From Terriglobia bacterium (GTDB lineage Bacteria > Acidobacteriota > Polarisedimenticolia > Polarisedimenticolales > JAIQFR01), in assembly GCA_963790465.1 (NCBI GenBank), contig CAWBOP010000013.1, positions 128,092 through 192,091 on the forward strand: a stretch of DNA of 64,000 nt. The letters run 5' to 3'. This document shows positions 31,472-41,143 of this stretch, piece after piece. The notes beneath the pieces are model-generated. The model made no database searches. It was not told where the DNA came from and saw only the letters and a list, made by a program, of their open reading frames with translations. The translations under genes were made by a program, and so were the position numbers. Within the stretch, counting starts at the first letter, position 1, and every line of letters begins with the position of its first letter.

Positions 31472-32684
31472 GCAAGTCGCATGCGACTCTCGACGGCGTC
31501 CGCGTGCTCGACCTGACCAACGTGCTGGCCGGGCCGTTCGCCACGCTGCACCTGGCGCTGCTCGGCGCCGAGGTCATCAAGATCGAGAACCCGAAGGACG
31601 GCGACCTGGCGCGCAAGCTCGGCAACGTGCCCGAGCTGAACGAGCAGCTGATGGGCACGAGCTTCCTGGCCCAGAACGCCAACAAGAAGTCGGTGACGCT
31701 CAACCTCAAGTCGCCCGAGGGCAAGGAGATCTTCAAGCAGCTGGTGAAGGACGGCCGACGTGCTGGTCGAGAACTTCCGGCCCGACGTCATGGACCGCCT
31801 CGGGCTCGGCTACGACGTGCTCGAGGCGATCAACCCGCGGCTCATCTACTGCGCCATCTCCGGCTTCGGCCAGACCGGGCCCGGACGCGTTCAAGCCGGC
31901 CTACGACCAGATCATCCAGGGCCTGAGCGGCGTGATGGCCGTCAACGGCGACGAGCGGCTGAACCCGCTGCGCGCCGGCTTCCCGGTGTGCGACACGGTG
32001 GGCGGGCTCAACGCGGCCTTCGCCATCATGGCGGCGCTGTACCACCGCGAGCGGACCGGCGAGGGGCAGTTCATCGACGTCGCGATGCTCGACTCGATCA
32101 TGCCGCTGATGGGCTGGGTCGCGGCCAACCTGCTGATCGGCAAGCAGCAGCCGGTGCTGATGGGCAACGACAACTTCACCGCGGCGCCCGTCCGGCACGT
32201 TCCGGCACGCAAGGACGGCTACATCAACATCGCCGCCAACAAGCAGGAGCAGTGGGAGTCGGTCTGCGACGTGCTCGGCGTGCCGGAGCTGAAGACCGAC
32301 CCGCGCTTCCAGAAGCGCGACATCCGCAAGAAGAACCGCAAGGCGCTGACGCCGCTGCTCGAGGCGAAGCTCGCCGGAGCAGCACGACCGCGACTGGGTC
32401 GAGCTGCTCAACGCGAAGGACGTCCCGACCGGCGAGATCCTCGAGCCTCGAGGACGCGCTGCAGCAGCCGCAGATCGCAGCACCGCGGCACGCTGCAAGA
32501 CAGGTGCCCGTGGAGGGCATCGGCGACGCTGCCGCTGTTCGGGCTGACCGCGAAGTTCGAGAAGACCCCGGGCGACATCACCGCGCCGCCGCCGCGCCTC
32601 TCCGCGCACACCGCGGAGGTGCTGGCGGGCGTCGGGGTGACGCCGGAGCAGCTGGCAGCACTCAAGTCGAAGGGCATCGTCTGA
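31468..32684 (+). CDS. Family III (CaiB/BaiF) CoA-transferase (several frame breaks)
   Basis: [56 protein letters not shown]. The ATG overlaps the upstream stop (ATGA). Confidence 0.85.
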
Positions 32685-32713
32685 CACGGCCGCTGAGGGA
32701 GGAAGGGATCACG

Positions 32714-34012
32714 ATGGGCATGACCGTACGTGCAGAAGATCCTGGCCCGCGCCTGCGGCAAGCCCGCGGTGGCGGTCGGGCGACGTCGCTCGAGCCGCCG
32801 GTCGACCTGGCGATGTCGCACGAGAACGCGCGCGCTCGTCATCAACCAGTTCCACGAGATCTTCCAGGGCACCGGCCGCGAGCCGAAGGTCTGGGACCCG
32901 TCGCGGATCGCCATCATCTTCGACCACCGCGTGCCGGCGGAGTCGTCGAAGACGGCGACCAACCAGAAGAAGATCCGCGAGTTCGTCGCGAAGCAGGGCA
33001 TCACCAAGTTCCACGACATCCGCGGCGACGTGGGCGGCATCTGCCACCAGATCCTGCCCGAGAACGGCTACGTCCGGCCGGGCTACGTGCGTGGTCGGCA
33101 CCGACAGCCACACGACCAGCCACGGCGCGCTCGGCGCCTTCGCCTTCGGCATCGGCGCCACCGAGATGGCCGTCGGTCTGGGCGCTGGGCAGCATCCTCA
33201 ACGTCGAGGTGCCCGGCACCATCAAGGTCGTGGTGAACGGGCGCTTCGCCGCCGCGCGTCTACCCGAAGGACCTGATCCTCCACCTGATCGGCAAGCTCA
33301 CCGCCGAGGGCGCGAACTTCAAGGTCATCGAGTTCCACGGCGAGACGATCACGGCACATGTCGACCTCGGGCCGGCTGGTGCTCTGCAACATGACGGTCG
33401 AGGCCGGCGCCACCGCCGGCATCGTGCCGCCCGACGCCGAGACCGAGCGCTACCTGCGCGAGGAGGCCGGCGTGACGGACGCCGCTCGACCTGTTCGGGC
33501 CGGACGCGGACGCGGTCTACGACCGGGTGGTCGAGATCGACGTGGCGACGCTGGCGCCGCAGATCGCCTGCCCGCACACGGTGGACAACGTCAAGCCGAT
33601 CGGCGAGGTGGCGGGCAAGAAGGTGCAGCCAGATCGTCATCGGCTCGTGCACCAACGGCCGGCTCGACGACCTCGAGATCGCGGCGAGGATCCTCAAGGG
33701 CAAGACGGTGGCGGACGGCACCCGCATGCTGGTCTTCCCGGCCTCGTGGCGGATCTACCGCGAGGCGCTGCGGCTGGGCTACCTGCGCGACCTCGTCGCG
33801 GCCGGCGCGGTGGTCATGAACCCCGGCTGCGGCCGTGCCTGGGCGTGCACCAGGGCGCGCTGGGCGACGGCGAGACGGCGCTCTCCACCACCAACCGCAA
33901 TTTCAAGGGGCGGATGGGCAACCCGAACGCCGAGGTCTACCTGTGCTCGCCCGCGGTCGCCGCGGCCAGCGCGCTCACCGGCGTGATCACCGACCCGAGA
34001 GGAGTGGACTGA
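32714..34012 (+). CDS. Aconitase-family hydro-lyase large subunit (LeuC/homoaconitase-like; several frame breaks)
   Basis: [36 protein letters not shown] and [12 protein letters not shown] motifs. Confidence 0.85.
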
Positions 34013-34013
34013 G

Positions 34014-34518
34014 ATGGCCACAGGCAAGGTCGTGCGCAAGCTCGGCGACGACGTCTCGACCGACATCATCTACCCGGGCCGCTTCATGGCCACGGTGCTG
34101 CCGACCGAGACGCCGCAGTTCGCCTTCGCGGACGACGCGGAGTTCAACCGGAAGCTGAAGGCGAAGGAGATCCCGCCCGGCTCGTTCATCGTGGCGGGAA
34201 GAACTTCGGCTGCGGCTCCTCGCGCGAGCAGGCCGCCTCGTGCATCAAGGGCTACGAGCTCATCGTCATCGCGCGGAACTTCGCGCGCATCTTCCTGCAG
34301 AACTCGATCAACGTCGGGCTCGCACATGGTGATCTGCCCGGCGATCGAGGCGGAGGAGGGCGACGAGCTCGAGATCACGGACGGCAAGGTCTGGAACCGC
34401 ACCACGGGCAAGTCGTTCGCGATCGAGCCCCTGCCGCAAGGCGCGGCAGGCGATCATCGACGCGGGCGGCCTGATCCCGTACGCGCGCCGGCTGCTGCTG
34501 GAGCGCCCGGCGCGCTGA
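34014..34518 (+). CDS. Aconitase-family hydro-lyase small subunit (LeuD-like; frame breaks)
   Basis: [14 protein letters not shown]... and [11 protein letters not shown] (reached after a frame change). Starts 2 nt after the large-subunit stop. Confidence 0.8.
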
Positions 34519-34737
34519 CGGCACAGGGCGCCGCTTTTGCGCGGTGAGGGGGCAGGGCTCCGGCCCGGCCCCCCGCCTGCGGCCCCGGAGCGCAGGCCAC
34601 GGGCCCCACGCGGGAGCGGGGCCTGCAGGTGCGTAAGAACGCACGCGGGATCGCGATCGGTCACCGGCGGCCGCACAGCGCTCTCACCCGGGCACCGGCG
34701 AGTACACTCCGCTCACACCCGAAGGAGGGAGCGGACG

Positions 34738-35205
34738 ATGAAGGGCAACGACAAGGTGCTGGCCGTCCTGAACGAGCTGCTGGCGGAGGAGTTGACCGCC
34801 ATCAGCCAGTACATGGTGCACTCGGAGATGTGCGAGAGCTGGGGCTACGAGAAGCTCCACAAGGCCATCGAGAAGCAGGCGATGGAGGAGATGAAGCACG
34901 CCGAGTGGCTCATCCAGCGCATCCTGTTCCTCGACGGCATCCCGATCGTCTCGAAGCTCAATGCCATGAAGATCGGCAAGGACGTCACGCAGATGGTCGC
35001 GAACGACGAGGAGGCCGAGCTGGGCGCGGTGCGCGGCTACAACGCCGCGATCCGCGTGGCACGCGAGGCCGAGGACCAGGCCACCGCGGACCTGCTCACG
35101 AAGATCCTCAAGATGGAGGAGGAGCACGTGGACTGGGCCGAGGTGCAGCGGGCGCAGATCGCGCAGATGGGTCTGCAGGTCTACCTGGCCAACCAGTCCG
35201 CGTAG
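34738..35205 (+). CDS. bfr: Bacterioferritin
   Basis: MKGNDKVLAVLNELLAEELTAISQYMVHSEMCESWGY...EEMKHAEWLIQRILFLDG. About 155 aa. GAAGGAGGGA SD. Intact frame. Confidence 0.95.
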   Translation: MKGNDKVLAVLNELLAEELTAISQYMVHSEMCESWGYEKLHKAIEKQAMEEMKHAEWLIQRILFLDGIPIVSKLNAMKIGKDVTQMVANDEEAELGAVRGYNAAIRVAREAEDQATADLLTKILKMEEEHVDWAEVQRAQIAQMGLQVYLANQSA

Positions 35206-35286
35206 CCCGCGCCGGCCGCGAACGAGCGACCCGGGCCGGACCCGCGCAGTGCGCGCGTGCCCGACCCGGGTCGTCGTGCGTCCGTC

Positions 35287-35322
35287 CTGCCGCTGCGCCG
35301 GAGCGGCCGCGGCGCGCGGCAG
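35287..35322. terminator. GC-rich hairpin between convergent bfr and tonB-like genes
   Basis: ctgccgctgcgcc (35287-35299) pairs with ggcgcgcggcag (35311-35322) with one bulge. No U-tract, so the terminator function is speculative. Confidence 0.3.
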
Positions 35323-35332
35323 CGAAACCGGG

Positions 35333-35782
35333 CTACTTCAGGCTGAACTTCACCGGGATGACGATCCAGACGGCCACCGGTTTGCCCTTCGACTTGGCCG
35401 GCTCGAAAGTCCACTGCTTCACGGCTGCGACCGCGGCCTCGTCCAGCGCTGGCGACACGCCTTTTCCGGAGGCGACTGCCACCATGACCGGCGTCCCGTC
35501 CTTCTTCACGATTGCCCGGACGAAGACGGTTCCATGCTCACCGCGCTTGCGGGCCGCCTTCGGGTACTTCGGCGGGACCCTCTTCACGAACTTCGGTATC
35601 TCGTCCACGATCTTGAAGTCGGCCGTGTCCTCCAGTGCCTCGCGCGTTGCGCTCGTGGCGACCTCCGCACCGCGGTTGCCGCCCGTGTCCGCCGGCTCCT
35701 CGCCCGCCTGCGCCATGCCCGCGGACGGCCGTGCGAAGGTGGCCAGGCAGAGCGTGAGCGCGATCCAGCTCCGAGTGTGCAT
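35333..35782 (-). CDS. TonB C-terminal-domain protein
   Basis: Signal/anchor MHTRSWIALTLCLATFA, then PKYPKAARKRGEHGTVFVRAIVKKDGTP..AAVKQWTFEPAK (TonB-C fold). Start chosen at the ATG 7 nt after GGAGGAG. Confidence 0.8.
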   Translation of the reverse strand: MHTRSWIALTLCLATFARPSAGMAQAGEEPADTGGNRGAEVATSATREALEDTADFKIVDEIPKFVKRVPPKYPKAARKRGEHGTVFVRAIVKKDGTPVMVAVASGKGVSPALDEAAVAAVKQWTFEPAKSKGKPVAVWIVIPVKFSLK

Positions 35783-35825
35783 CGTCATTCTCCTCCGTAT
35801 CAGGTGTGTGACTCTCACGACCCGG

Positions 35826-36316
35826 TCACTTCCCGGATGTCGCTACCGACTTCCCGGTGACTTCGATCTGTGGCATCGAGCAGACGTAAATGTAGGCGGG
35901 CCCGCCGGGCGGCTGCTTTGCCTGCTCGGCGTCCGGTGTGCGCTGCGGCGCCCTGCCAGGACGCGCTGCCAGGCTGGCGCCGATGACGATTCCCGCGACC
36001 AGCAGCAGCACCGCGAACGCGATCGCCGCGGGCGCGGGAAGTGCCGGGCGCCACCACGATGACCACCAGGTTCCCTGCGGCCGGCGGGCGCCAACCTGCG
36101 CAGGGAGCAGGAACCGTGCGGGCAGCCTCTCGTCCGTCTGGCGCAGGATCTCCTCCCGGTCCTGCCGCGCCGTGCTGCGGAAGCGGATCAGGGAGTCGAG
36201 GAAGTGCCGGCACTCCGTGCAGCCCTCGAGGTGCGTGAAGAGGCCGACCGCTCCAGGCCGTCGGGCTCGGCATCCATCAGCAGGCTCAGTTGCAGTTGTC
36301 GTTCATCGCATGTCAC
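35826..36316 (-). CDS. Anti-sigma factor (zf-HC2 type, one TM), frame breaks
   Basis: GTG overlaps the sigma stop (GTGA). VTCDERQLQLSLLMDAEPDGLE / FTHLEGCTECRHF in the adjacent frame. TM segment AFAVLLLVAGIVIGASL. Confidence 0.65.
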
Positions 36317-36864
36317 GGCTCGCCTCCTCGCTCCAGCGCGGGTCTCAGCATTCCGGCCAGTGCCTGCCGGGCCCGGAACAGCCGGGCCTTCACGGCGCTC
36401 TCGGTCGCCCCGGTGACCTCCGCGATCTCGCGGTACGAAAGTTCCTGGTACTCGCGCAGGACCAGAACCTCCCGCTGCTCCGGTGGCATCTCCGCCAGGG
36501 TCCGCTGCACGAGGCGCGACTCCTCTTCGCGCTCGAGCAACGTCGCCGGCCCTTCCCTCCGCGGCTCGGGGTCCGCGCCGGCGCTCAACCGCTCGCGGGT
36601 TTTCTGCTGGCGTAGCAAGGTCAGGCAGCGGTTCCGCCCCACGGTGAAGAGCCAGCCGCGGAAGCTCCTCAGGCTCTGCAATTCGTGGCGCCGCTCGTAA
36701 ATCCCGAGGAAGGTGTCCTGCACCAGGTCGCCGGCCGCCTCGGCGCTCCCGAGCATGCGGACGCCGAAGACGTACAGCGGCCGACGGTAGCGTTCGTACA
36801 GGGTGGAGAACGCTCCATCGTCCCCGCCACGGAAGGCGTCCGCGAGTTCCTCGTCCGAGCTCAT
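36313..36864 (-). CDS. ECF-type RNA polymerase sigma-70 factor
   Basis: Region 2 (FSTLYERYRRPLYVFGVRMLGS..DLVQDTF) and region 4 (REVLVLREYQELSYREIAEVTGATESAVKARLFRAR). The start is either 36864 or 36906. Confidence 0.9.
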   Translation of the reverse strand: MSSDEELADAFRGGDDGAFSTLYERYRRPLYVFGVRMLGSAEAAGDLVQDTFLGIYERRHELQSLRSFRGWLFTVGRNRCLTLLRQQKTRERLSAGADPEPRREGPATLLEREEESRLVQRTLAEMPPEQREVLVLREYQELSYREIAEVTGATESAVKARLFRARQALAGMLRPALERGGEP

Positions 36865-36990
36865 CGTTCGACGGTCCCCAGTCGGCAACGGTCCTGCCGG
36901 GTTCATCCCAAGGACGCCCGAGCGGGCGGAAAGTTGCGCTCCGCCACCGGAAATGGAACGGGGGCGGACCTTGCTTCCGGTCCTCCCGCG

Positions 36991-39378
36991 CTACCGGTTC
37001 TTTGTCTTCGCGTCGAGGAACGCGCGGATGGCCGCGTGCTGCGCCTCCGCGTCCAGCCCCGCCTCGTGCAGCACGGCCGCGCCCTGGCCGCTGCCCAGGT
37101 AGTGGCCCTTGACGTAGGGATGCAGCGTGGCCGCCCGGCCGCGGTCGGACCGCACCCAGCGGTACATCGTGGCGAGGGTGAAGCCGGTGATGCCCATGGC
37201 CTCGCGGCGCGCTCGCCTCGGGGAAGATGCGCTCGCGCTCCGCCGGCGGGCAGCGCGTCGAACAGCTCGGCGCTCGCCACGTAGTAGACGTCGAGGTCCA
37301 CGCCCTCCTGCTCGAGCCGGGGCAGCACGTCGGCGACGAAGGCCAGCGTGACCGCGCTCTCCTGCAGCACCAGCGTGCCGTCGGCCTTCGCCTTCGGCGC
37401 GCGCAGCCGGTAGACGCCGGTGCGGCACGCCTCGACCGGGGCGAGGCCCAGCTTCGCGCGGTCGGGCACGGTCTCGTTGGGCCGCGTGACGAACGGCGCG
37501 AGCACGGCCGGCCGGCGCGCGAGCGCGGCGGAGACCAGCGGCCACAGCTCCGGCGGGTCCCAGGGCGTGAGCGTGATCGGCGGTCCCGGGCGGGAAGTTC
37601 TCCTGCAGCAGCTGGAGCGCCTGCGGGTCGGCGTGCGTCGGGCCGTCCTCGCCGGTCTTCAGCCCGGCGTGCGCGCAGACCAGGATGATCGGCCGGTACG
37701 GCCCGCCGTCCACGCCGTGCCGCGCCTGGTTGCCGATGGCGTGCAGGCGCGCGGCGATGTGCCCGAGCGGCGCGAGGAAGGCCGCGTACGACGAGGCCAC
37801 GCCGATGTGCCGGCCGAAGCTGCCGATGCCCGAGAGGACGCCGCTCATGCGCGTCCTCGCAGATGCCGCCGATCGACGAGCGTGCGCGACTCGGGGTTCG
37901 TCGCGGCGTTCCAGAAGCCGGCGGGGAAGCCCTCGGCGACCTTGTTCACGCTGGTCGAGCCCAGCAGGTCGGCGGCGGCCACGAACAGCGCGCCGCCGCT
38001 GGCCTGGTTGAGGTGGTGGAGCGCGCGGCCCAGCTCGTTGCGCAGCGTGGTCACCGTGCCGGGGGCGAGCGCGCAGCGCCGCGGGGATCGCGCCGCCGTC
38101 CTGCGCGATGCCGTCTCGTACACGGCCTCGACGCGGGGCGCGCCCGCGCGGGGCTTGCGCGCCCGGGCGTCGAGCCGCTCGCGGGCGGCGCGCAGCCGGC
38201 CGGCCAGGTGCTGCACCATCGGCCGGCCGCTTCTCGAGCGCCCGGCGGATGACCTGCAGCGCCTCCCAGAAGCAGGCCTCCATGACGTCCGGGCCGTCCG
38301 GCCCGGCGCAGCGCAGCGGCGTCGAGGCCCTGGCAGCAGGGCAGCGCCTGCTTCGCGTCGCCGAGCAGCGGCTGCAGCGCCTCGTAGAAGCCGTCCGAGC
38401 AGAGCGCGTGGCCGGCGCCGTGCGAGGCGCGGCCCTCGATGCCGTACTGCCAGCCCTTGACGGTGCGGTAGACGATGGCCGTGGGCTGGCCGTTGCCCGA
38501 GCGCGGCCGCCAGGCGCTGGGCGGCGATCACCTGCTGGAAGTCCTTGCCGTCGGGCACGAAGATCGACGTTCCAGTCGTGCAGGTAGGCCAGCTCCGCCG
38601 GCGTCCACTGCACGTAGTCGCCGGGCTTCTCGCCGTCGCGGCAGACGCGGTTCGAGTCGATCGAGGCCTGGTTCCAGTCCACGTGGAGCACGGCGTTGTC
38701 GAGCGAGGCGGTGCCGGCGGCGGCCAGCGCCTCGGCGACGCGGCCGGGCGTCATGCCGCCCTCGCCCTCGACGATGTGCACGCGCGGCGCGTCCGCGCCG
38801 TAGTAGTCGCGCGCGCCGAAGGCCAGGCCCAGCGAGGCCGCCAGGCCCACGCCCGAGGCGCCGGTCGAGAGCCGGACGAACGGCGTGGCCGGCGTGGGAT
38901 GGCCGTCGAGCGCCTTGGCCTTGAACTTCAGGAACAGCGGGGTGCGGCTGGACGGGATTGCGGCGGAAGCCGAGCAGGTCCTCGAGCCGCAGCTGGCGCT
39001 GCTCGTCGCGCGGCAGCAGGTCGGGCGCGCCGATGCGCAGCAACTCGTTGCGCAGCGCCCACATGGCGTACAGGCCGAGCGCCTTGTGCCCGGCGGCGTA
39101 GGAGATGATGTCGGCGTCGTCGCGGTCCGGGCTCGCTGACGTCGTAGTCCATCGCGTCGAAGAGCAGCGCCGGCCACGAAGCGGCCGGACGAGATGGAGC
39201 CGCCGGGGTGGCCCGACAGCGGGACGTAGTTGTAGAGCACCGCGCAGAGCGAGCGGTAGATGAGGTCGAAGGCTTCGAAGTGCTCCAGCTCCTGCGGCGG
39301 GAGCGCCGGTGCCCGATCGCGCGTCGCGTCGGCGACCTCGACGTAGCGGCCCCGGCGCGGCCCGAATTGGAATGCCAT
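36991..39378 (-). CDS. Transketolase-family thiamine-diphosphate enzyme, unusually long (many frame breaks)
   Basis: SGHPGGSISS, VEGEGGMTPGRVAEAL (GDG-x-EG-like TPP motif). Pyrimidine-binding and C-terminal domains are recoverable from alternate frames (36903..37505, 37845..38558, 38528..39637). Confidence 0.75.
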   Translation of the reverse strand: MAFQFGPRRGRYVEVADATRDRAPALPPQELEHFEAFDLIYRSLCAVLYNYVPLSGHPGGSISSGRFVAGAALRRDGLRRQRARTATTPTSSPTPPGTRRSACTPCGRCATSCCASARPTCCRATSSASCGSRTCSASAAIPSSRTPLFLKFKAKALDGHPTPATPFVRLSTGASGVGLAASLGLAFGARDYYGADAPRVHIVEGEGGMTPGRVAEALAAAGTASLDNAVLHVDWNQASIDSNRVCRDGEKPGDYVQWTPAELAYLHDWNVDLRARRQGLPAGDRRPAPGGRARATASPRPSSTAPSRAGSTASRAAPRTAPATRSARTASTRRCSRCSATRSRRCPAARASTPLRCAGPDGPDVMEACFWEALQVIRRALEKRPADGAAPGRPAARRPRAARRPGAQAPRGRAPRRGRVRDGIAQDGGAIPAALRARPRHGDHAAQRAGPRAPPPQPGQRRRAVRGRRRPAGLDQREQGRRGLPRRLLERRDEPRVAHARRSAASARTRMSGVLSGIGSFGRHIGVASSYAAFLAPLGHIAARLHAIGNQARHGVDGGPYRPIILVCAHAGLKTGEDGPTHADPQALQLLQENFPPGTADHAHALGPAGAVAAGLRRARAPAGRARAVRHAAQRDRARPREAGPRPGRGVPHRRLPAARAEGEGRRHAGAAGERGHAGLRRRRAAPARAGGRGPRRLLRGERRAVRRAARRRSASASSPRRARREAMGITGFTLATMYRWVRSDRGRAATLHPYVKGHYLGSGQGAAVLHEAGLDAEAQHAAIRAFLDAKTKNR

Positions 39379-39476
39379 GAGTCCCCCCTGGTGGCGGCGC
39401 CGTCGTCGCGACGGCGCCCATCGTCTCGCGCACAGTATCCGTTTCCGCGCGTCGCAGCGTCAACGTGCGGTCGTGC

Positions 39477-39600
39477 CCTGAAGATTGTGTCTGGTCCCGC
39501 GCCAGGGCCTTTGCAGCAACAAGATGGACCGCAGGCCGGCAGGGAGCGAGGCAGGTTTCGAGCGCCCAACGGGATGCGGCTTGGCAGACACAATCTTCAG
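39477..39600. repeat. Perfect 16-bp inverted repeat enclosing ~90 nt (structured RNA or MITE-like)
   Basis: ctgaagattgtgtctg (39479-39494) and cagacacaatcttcag (39585-39600). The flanks gtcgtg / cacgac extend the pairing. Confidence 0.7.
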
Positions 39601-40043
39601 ACCACGACACACCGGAAGACACGTGATGCTCCGCCATGGGCCGGGCTCACGCGGGCCGGCGAGCCTGCGGCCGGGGTCGGTTTGGCTGTCAGGCCTGTCA
39701 GGGGCGTCATGCCGAAGGGCATCCCGGTTTTCACCGGGAGACGCGGCGGTCCTGGACGCGGTCGGACACGGGGTTCGGGGCCCTCGAGCGGACGCGGAGC
39801 AGCGGCGAGCTCGGGCTCCGGATCCTGGTCGACCCGAGGAATCGGATGAACGACATGCAGGTTAGGCTGATCCATCGGATCCCGGGGCCGCGCGGCGCGA
39901 CCGCGGGCTTCCCGGTGGGGAGAGTCGCGTGGGGCGGGGGACGCGTGGCCCGACGGGGGTGCGAACGCGGGCGAGCCCCGAAGACCGGCGCTCGGCCGAG
40001 CGTGACGGAGGCGGCCGGAGGCTCTCCAGGCCCGCCGCGAGCG

Positions 40044-40060
40044 TTGGCACCCTCCATGCA
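40044..40060 (+). promoter_or_regulatory. Sigma-54-like -24/-12 element TTGGCAC-N5-ATGCA
   Basis: GG (40046-47) and GC (40058-59) have the canonical spacing, about 290 nt upstream of etfB. No cognate AAA+ activator gene in the window. Confidence 0.25.
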
Positions 40061-40350
40061 GGGTCGAACGCGCGGAACTGTTGTCCCGCTTCAAGGTGCA
40101 GGCCGCGGGGTGCTGCCGATCCGATGCCGACAGGGGCTCGATGCCCCGGTCGGCGTCGCGCCGGATAGAGCATCATGGCCTGCGCTGCTATTGTCCGGCT
40201 TCGAGTCCGGCGACGGCATCCGCAGGTCCACCGTCGCTTCGTCGCGCCCCGGCACCTGCCTCCACCCGTGGGCCGGCGATGACCGAGACACCCCAGGTCG
40301 TTCGACAGATCACGTCACAGAAGGATCGCCCAACAGCGAGGTATCGGCCC

Positions 40351-41130
40351 ATGAACCTGTTCGTCCTGCTGAAGACGGTTCCGGACACGGTCGAGGAGCT
40401 GACGGTCGCCGCGGACAACAAGTCGCTGGACGCGGAGTGGCTGAGATTCAAGCTCAGCGACGCCGACGAGCACGCGCTCGAGCAGGCCCTGCTGCTGAAG
40501 GAGAAGCACGGCGGCACGGTCACGGTGGTGGCGATGGACGCGCCCGAGCTGGACGAGGCGCTGTTCATGGCGCTGGCCAAGGGCGCGGACCGGGTGGTCA
40601 AGCTCACCGGCGAGCTGGCGCGCGGTGCAGAGCTGCTCCGCGGCGCGAGCTGTTCGCCGACTTCCTCAAGGCCGCGCCGGCTGCGGTCGCGGCGGACACG
40701 CTGATCCTGCTGCGCAGCCAGGCGATCGACGACCTCGAGGGCGAGATCGGCCCCTTCCTCGCCGACCAGCTCGGCGCTGCCCTACGTCGGCGTGGTGACG
40801 GGGTGGCCCCCGGCGGCGGCGGGCGTGCATCGTCACCAAGGAATTCGCCGGCGGCCTGCGCGGCGAGTTCAGCCTGCCCGATGCCGGCGGTGCTGGGGAT
40901 CCAGTCGGCCGAGAAGCCGCCGCGCTACGTGCCCATCGCCAAGGTGCGCGCGGCCATGAAGTCCTCCACGCTCGAGACCGTGGACGTGACGCCGGACGCC
41001 CCGGCCCGCTTCCCGATCGAGAAGCATGTACAAGCCGGAGAGCGCCGGACGGGCCGAGATGCTGGAAGGCTCGCCGGAAGAGGTGGCGGACCGCCTCGTG
41101 GACCTGCTCGCGAACCAGAGCCTGATCTGA
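40351..41130 (+). CDS. etfB: Electron transfer flavoprotein beta subunit (frame breaks)
   Basis: MNLFVLLKTVPDTVEEL...ALEQALLLKEKHGGTVTVVAMDAPE...MPAVLGIQSAEKPPRYVPI. Confidence 0.85.
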
Positions 41131-41143
41131 GGGGGTGACGACC

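Noticed and set aside
39636-41138. A 500-aa ORF spanning the gene-poor region and etfB.
   Set aside because: Only short 3' segments match EtfB. The rest is low-complexity Arg/Gly/Pro sequence kept open by high GC. etfB has its own ATG at 40351.
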